From an uncultured Chloroflexia bacterium (GTDB lineage: Bacteria > Chloroflexota > Limnocylindria > Limnocylindrales > CSP1-4): a stretch of 64,000 nucleotides of DNA. The first letter of the stretch is position 1. Each line of letters begins with the position of its first letter. The notes under the pieces were generated by a model. That model had not been told where the DNA came from. It saw only the letters and a program-made list of their open reading frames with translations, and searched no databases. Location: contig CAVTHS010000014.1 in the NCBI GenBank assembly GCA_963734535.1, positions 224,001 to 288,000 of the forward strand, in the 5' to 3' direction. Shown one piece after another: positions 61,532-64,000 of the stretch. Made by a program: the position numbers and the translations under genes.

Positions 61532-61560
61532 ATCCTACCGAACGCCCGTTCGATTGTCAA
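61532..61560 (-). promoter_or_regulatory. lexA promoter with a LexA (Cheo-type) box in the spacer
   Basis: TTGACA (61560-61555)-17 nt-TAGGAT (61537-61532); CGAAC-GCCC-GTTCG at 61539-61552. Confidence 0.88.
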
Positions 61561-61703
61561 GGCGCTTCGCACCGACGCGTGGTCGAGCCACGCCATCCGG
61601 GCCCGGCGCCCCACTCGGCCGCGGGCCCATACCATTCGGCACTGGCGACGGCCGGTGGTTGCGCCGATGATCCGGTTCTCTCCGCACGTCCAGGGAGACT
61701 GCC

Positions 61704-62129
61704 ATGACACGCGTCCTCGTGGTCCATCACGATGTCGACCTCTCCGACCAGGAGGTGGATGCCCTTCGGCGTCGCGGCTACAACACACAGCAGTGCATGG
61801 GTCCGATCGGGGGGAGCTGCCCCATCCTCTCGGGCCATGCGTGCGAGCTGGCCGCCGGCGCGGACGTCCTTGTCTACGACGCGTTCATGACCGGCGAGCC
61901 CGACGGCGCGCGCCGCCTGGTGGAGGGGATGCGCGAGCTGCACCCAGATTTGCCGATCGTGCTCGTGGCGAACAGCTTCGAGCCGGACTGGGTGGAGACG
62001 GCCGGGGAGCACCGCGTGACGCCCCTGGTGGGACATCCGACGGGGGACCGGCTGGCGACGGCGATCGAGGAGGCGATCTTGCTCGCGCGCCCCGCTCCGG
62101 AGGGCTCGGCTCCGTCCGACTCGGCCTGA
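61704..62129 (+). CDS. Atypical receiver-like domain protein with a three-Cys motif
   Basis: RVLVV..D, ADVLVYD, P.LPIVLV; insertion CMGP...SCPIL...AC; GGGAG RBS. Confidence 0.6.
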   Translation: MTRVLVVHHDVDLSDQEVDALRRRGYNTQQCMGPIGGSCPILSGHACELAAGADVLVYDAFMTGEPDGARRLVEGMRELHPDLPIVLVANSFEPDWVETAGEHRVTPLVGHPTGDRLATAIEEAILLARPAPEGSAPSDSA

Positions 62130-62247
62130 CCGAGGTCTCAGACACGCACGTGGGCCGGTCCCTCGCGACTGGTAGACTTCCCGTCCCGGCCGCTCGCGCG
62201 CGTCGCGTGACGACGACGCCGGGTTCGCGGAGTGCGGCGACACCAGG

Positions 62248-62790
62248 ATGGCACGGATCGATCGGCGTTCGGCCGGGCGCGTGAGGAGAACGGGGCGGCC
62301 GGAGCGTCCGCGACGGGGCGCGATGGTGGGTCGGTCCCTGACGGCGCTCGCCCTGCTTCCACTCGCCAGCCGCCTGCCGTCCTACGGGCGCCTCACCCTC
62401 GACCTCCTCGCCGACGAGCGGGTCTCGGTTGCCCGCAAGGCGATCCTGGCCGGCGTCATCGTCTACGCGGTCTCGCCGCTGGACCTCATCCCCGACCGCG
62501 TCCCGGTCCTGGGCGCGATCGACGACCTGGTCGTCGGGGTGCTCGGCGTCGAGCTCTTCCTGGCAGGCCTCTCGACCGAGCTGATCGACGAGAAGCTCGA
62601 CCGCCTGGGGATCCCGCGAGCCGCCTTCGACGAGGACCGCGCCCGGGTCCGGCGCACCATCCCCCGCCCCGTCCGCCGCATCGTCAACCGTCTCCCCGCC
62701 ACGATGGAGAGCGCCGGTCGCGTCACCCGCGACCTGGAGCTCGGCCGACACGTGCGCGGCTGGCTCACCAAGGAGGGTTCCCCCGCGTGA
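62248..62790 (+). CDS. YkvA/DUF1232 family protein
   Basis: Y.VSPLDLIPD.VPVLG.IDD motif. Confidence 0.85.
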   Translation: MARIDRRSAGRVRRTGRPERPRRGAMVGRSLTALALLPLASRLPSYGRLTLDLLADERVSVARKAILAGVIVYAVSPLDLIPDRVPVLGAIDDLVVGVLGVELFLAGLSTELIDEKLDRLGIPRAAFDEDRARVRRTIPRPVRRIVNRLPATMESAGRVTRDLELGRHVRGWLTKEGSPA

Positions 62791-63233
62791 AGGTCATCCT
62801 GACCACCGACGTCGCCAAGCTCGGAAAGAGCGGCGAGCTCAAGGACGTGGCCGAGGGCTACGCTCGCAACTACCTGATCAAGTCCAACCTGGCGGTCCCG
62901 GCCGCCGGCGGCGCCTACCGCGCGTGGCAGCACGACATCGCGAGCCGCGAGGACAAGCGGAAGCGCGAGCGCGAGGAGGCCGAGATCGCGGCGAACCGGA
63001 TCGGCTCGACGACGCTCACCATGGGCGTCAAGGTCGGCGAGGGCGGCAAGCTGTACGGCTCGATCACGACCCAGGACATCGCCGACGCGCTCGGCCGCCG
63101 CGGGATCGTCGTGGACAAGCACAAGGTTGACCTGGACCAGCCGCTCAAGTCGCTGGGCACCTACAAGGTCGCGATCAAGGTTCACGCCGGGATGACGCCC
63201 GAGGTCACGGTCATCGTCGAGCCCAAGGGCTGA
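62787..63233 (+). CDS. rplI: 50S ribosomal protein L9
   Basis: (M)KVIL..DV.KLGK.G..KDVA.GYARNYL, GKLYGSIT, PLKSLG; AAGGAGG RBS. Confidence 0.97.
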   Translation: MKVILTTDVAKLGKSGELKDVAEGYARNYLIKSNLAVPAAGGAYRAWQHDIASREDKRKREREEAEIAANRIGSTTLTMGVKVGEGGKLYGSITTQDIADALGRRGIVVDKHKVDLDQPLKSLGTYKVAIKVHAGMTPEVTVIVEPKG

Positions 63234-63258
63234 CGCCGGGCCGCGGCCCCGGAACCTC

Positions 63259-64000
63259 CTAGAACCCGACGAACCCGTTCCGAATGGCCACGATGCCGTA
63301 GAGGTTGACGAGGACCGCGGCGGTGCCCGCCACGATCGGTCGCCAGCTGCGCCGCGCCCGCCCCGTGAAGGCGAGCGCGAGGACCGCGAACAGGGGAACC
63401 TGGACGTCGAGGCTGAACCGGTAGCCCCACTGGGTGGTCCCGACGTTGCCGTGCGTCACGATCGGGATCAGCGCCAGGCCGATCCCGACGCACGCCCATC
63501 GCACGCGCGGGTCGCGCCACGGAGCGTGCGCAAGCCACAGGTAGAGCGGCGTGGTGAGGAAGAGGGAGAGCCCCCACCAGGACGGTCGAAGCCACGGGAA
63601 CTCCTCCTGGAAGTCGAAGCTCCGCAGGAAGATCGCGTAGAGATGCCGGGGCACGTAGAAGATCGACAGGATCCCGTGGTCCCGGTAGATCGGGTCGTCG
63701 AGGACGCCCGGGATCAGCACGTAGCCCATGTCGATCGGCGTTCCCCAGCGCGCCAGGTTGTACAGCGCGTAGAGCCCGACCGGGAAAGCCAGGCCCACCG
63801 CAAACGCCATCGCGGGGCGGAGAACGCGGCGCACGTCCCCCCTGGTGAACGGCAACGGGAGGCCGACCACCAGGGCCAGGAAGAACGGCGCGGTCAGCCC
63901 GACCGGAAGCCGTGAGATCGTCGCGCAGCCCAGGAGGAGGCCGACGAGGATCGGGGCGCGCCGGTGGGTCGCAACGAGCAGGGCGGCCGCGCTGAAGAGG
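63259..64000 (-). CDS. Polytopic membrane protein, GT-C-like (N-terminus outside the window)
   Basis: SRLP, YNLARWG.P...GY, QWGYRFSLD; hydrophobic. Confidence 0.6.
   Translation of the reverse strand, partial: LFSAAALLVATHRRAPILVGLLLGCATISRLPVGLTAPFFLALVVGLPLPFTRGDVRRVLRPAMAFAVGLAFPVGLYALYNLARWGTPIDMGYVLIPGVLDDPIYRDHGILSIFYVPRHLYAIFLRSFDFQEEFPWLRPSWWGLSLFLTTPLYLWLAHAPWRDPRVRWACVGIGLALIPIVTHGNVGTTQWGYRFSLDVQVPLFAVLALAFTGRARRSWRPIVAGTAAVLVNLYGIVAIRNGFVGF

Noticed and set aside
1-64000. tRNA, rRNA, prophage or defence genes
   Set aside because: No recognisable signatures found by eye

Overview
Very GC-rich bacterial chromosome segment. Gene content (murA-mreB, a Tad locus with no secretin, a Cheo-type LexA box, long HPF, many leaderless-type promoters) suggests a monoderm, most likely Chloroflexota (Limnocylindria-like); this is inference. 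Layout: murA/mreB/PHP/flippase-like/XRE (1-3.8 kb); a minus-strand run of two DegS-like kinases and a DegU/NarL-type regulator, four Flp pilins, cpaB-cpaE-cpaF-tadB-tadC, DUF192, comF, hpf, nfo and a GT-C gene (3.9-18.8 kb); a ~30 kb glycosylation island with about a dozen GT-C-like membrane proteins, GT2/GT4 enzymes, nucleotide-sugar enzymes and a decayed IS630 (18.8-48 kb); PIG-L, pcm, a structured ~500 bp intergenic region and a Ser/Pro/Ala-rich protein; then dodecin, dnaB, lexA, ykvA and rplI. The best candidate for an undescribed system is at 51.4-58.8 kb (minus strand). A MalT-like STAND/BTAD regulator precedes an unannotated 29-codon peptide ending ...AVIAGGASLKGF, then a membrane-anchored HD-GYP protein, then a DUF5317-MFS fusion whose motifs resemble signal peptidase II. 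This looks like a peptide-signalling module wired to cyclic-dinucleotide turnover. Many genes carry single-base frameshifts, most likely sequencing or assembly indels, so several boundaries are approximate.
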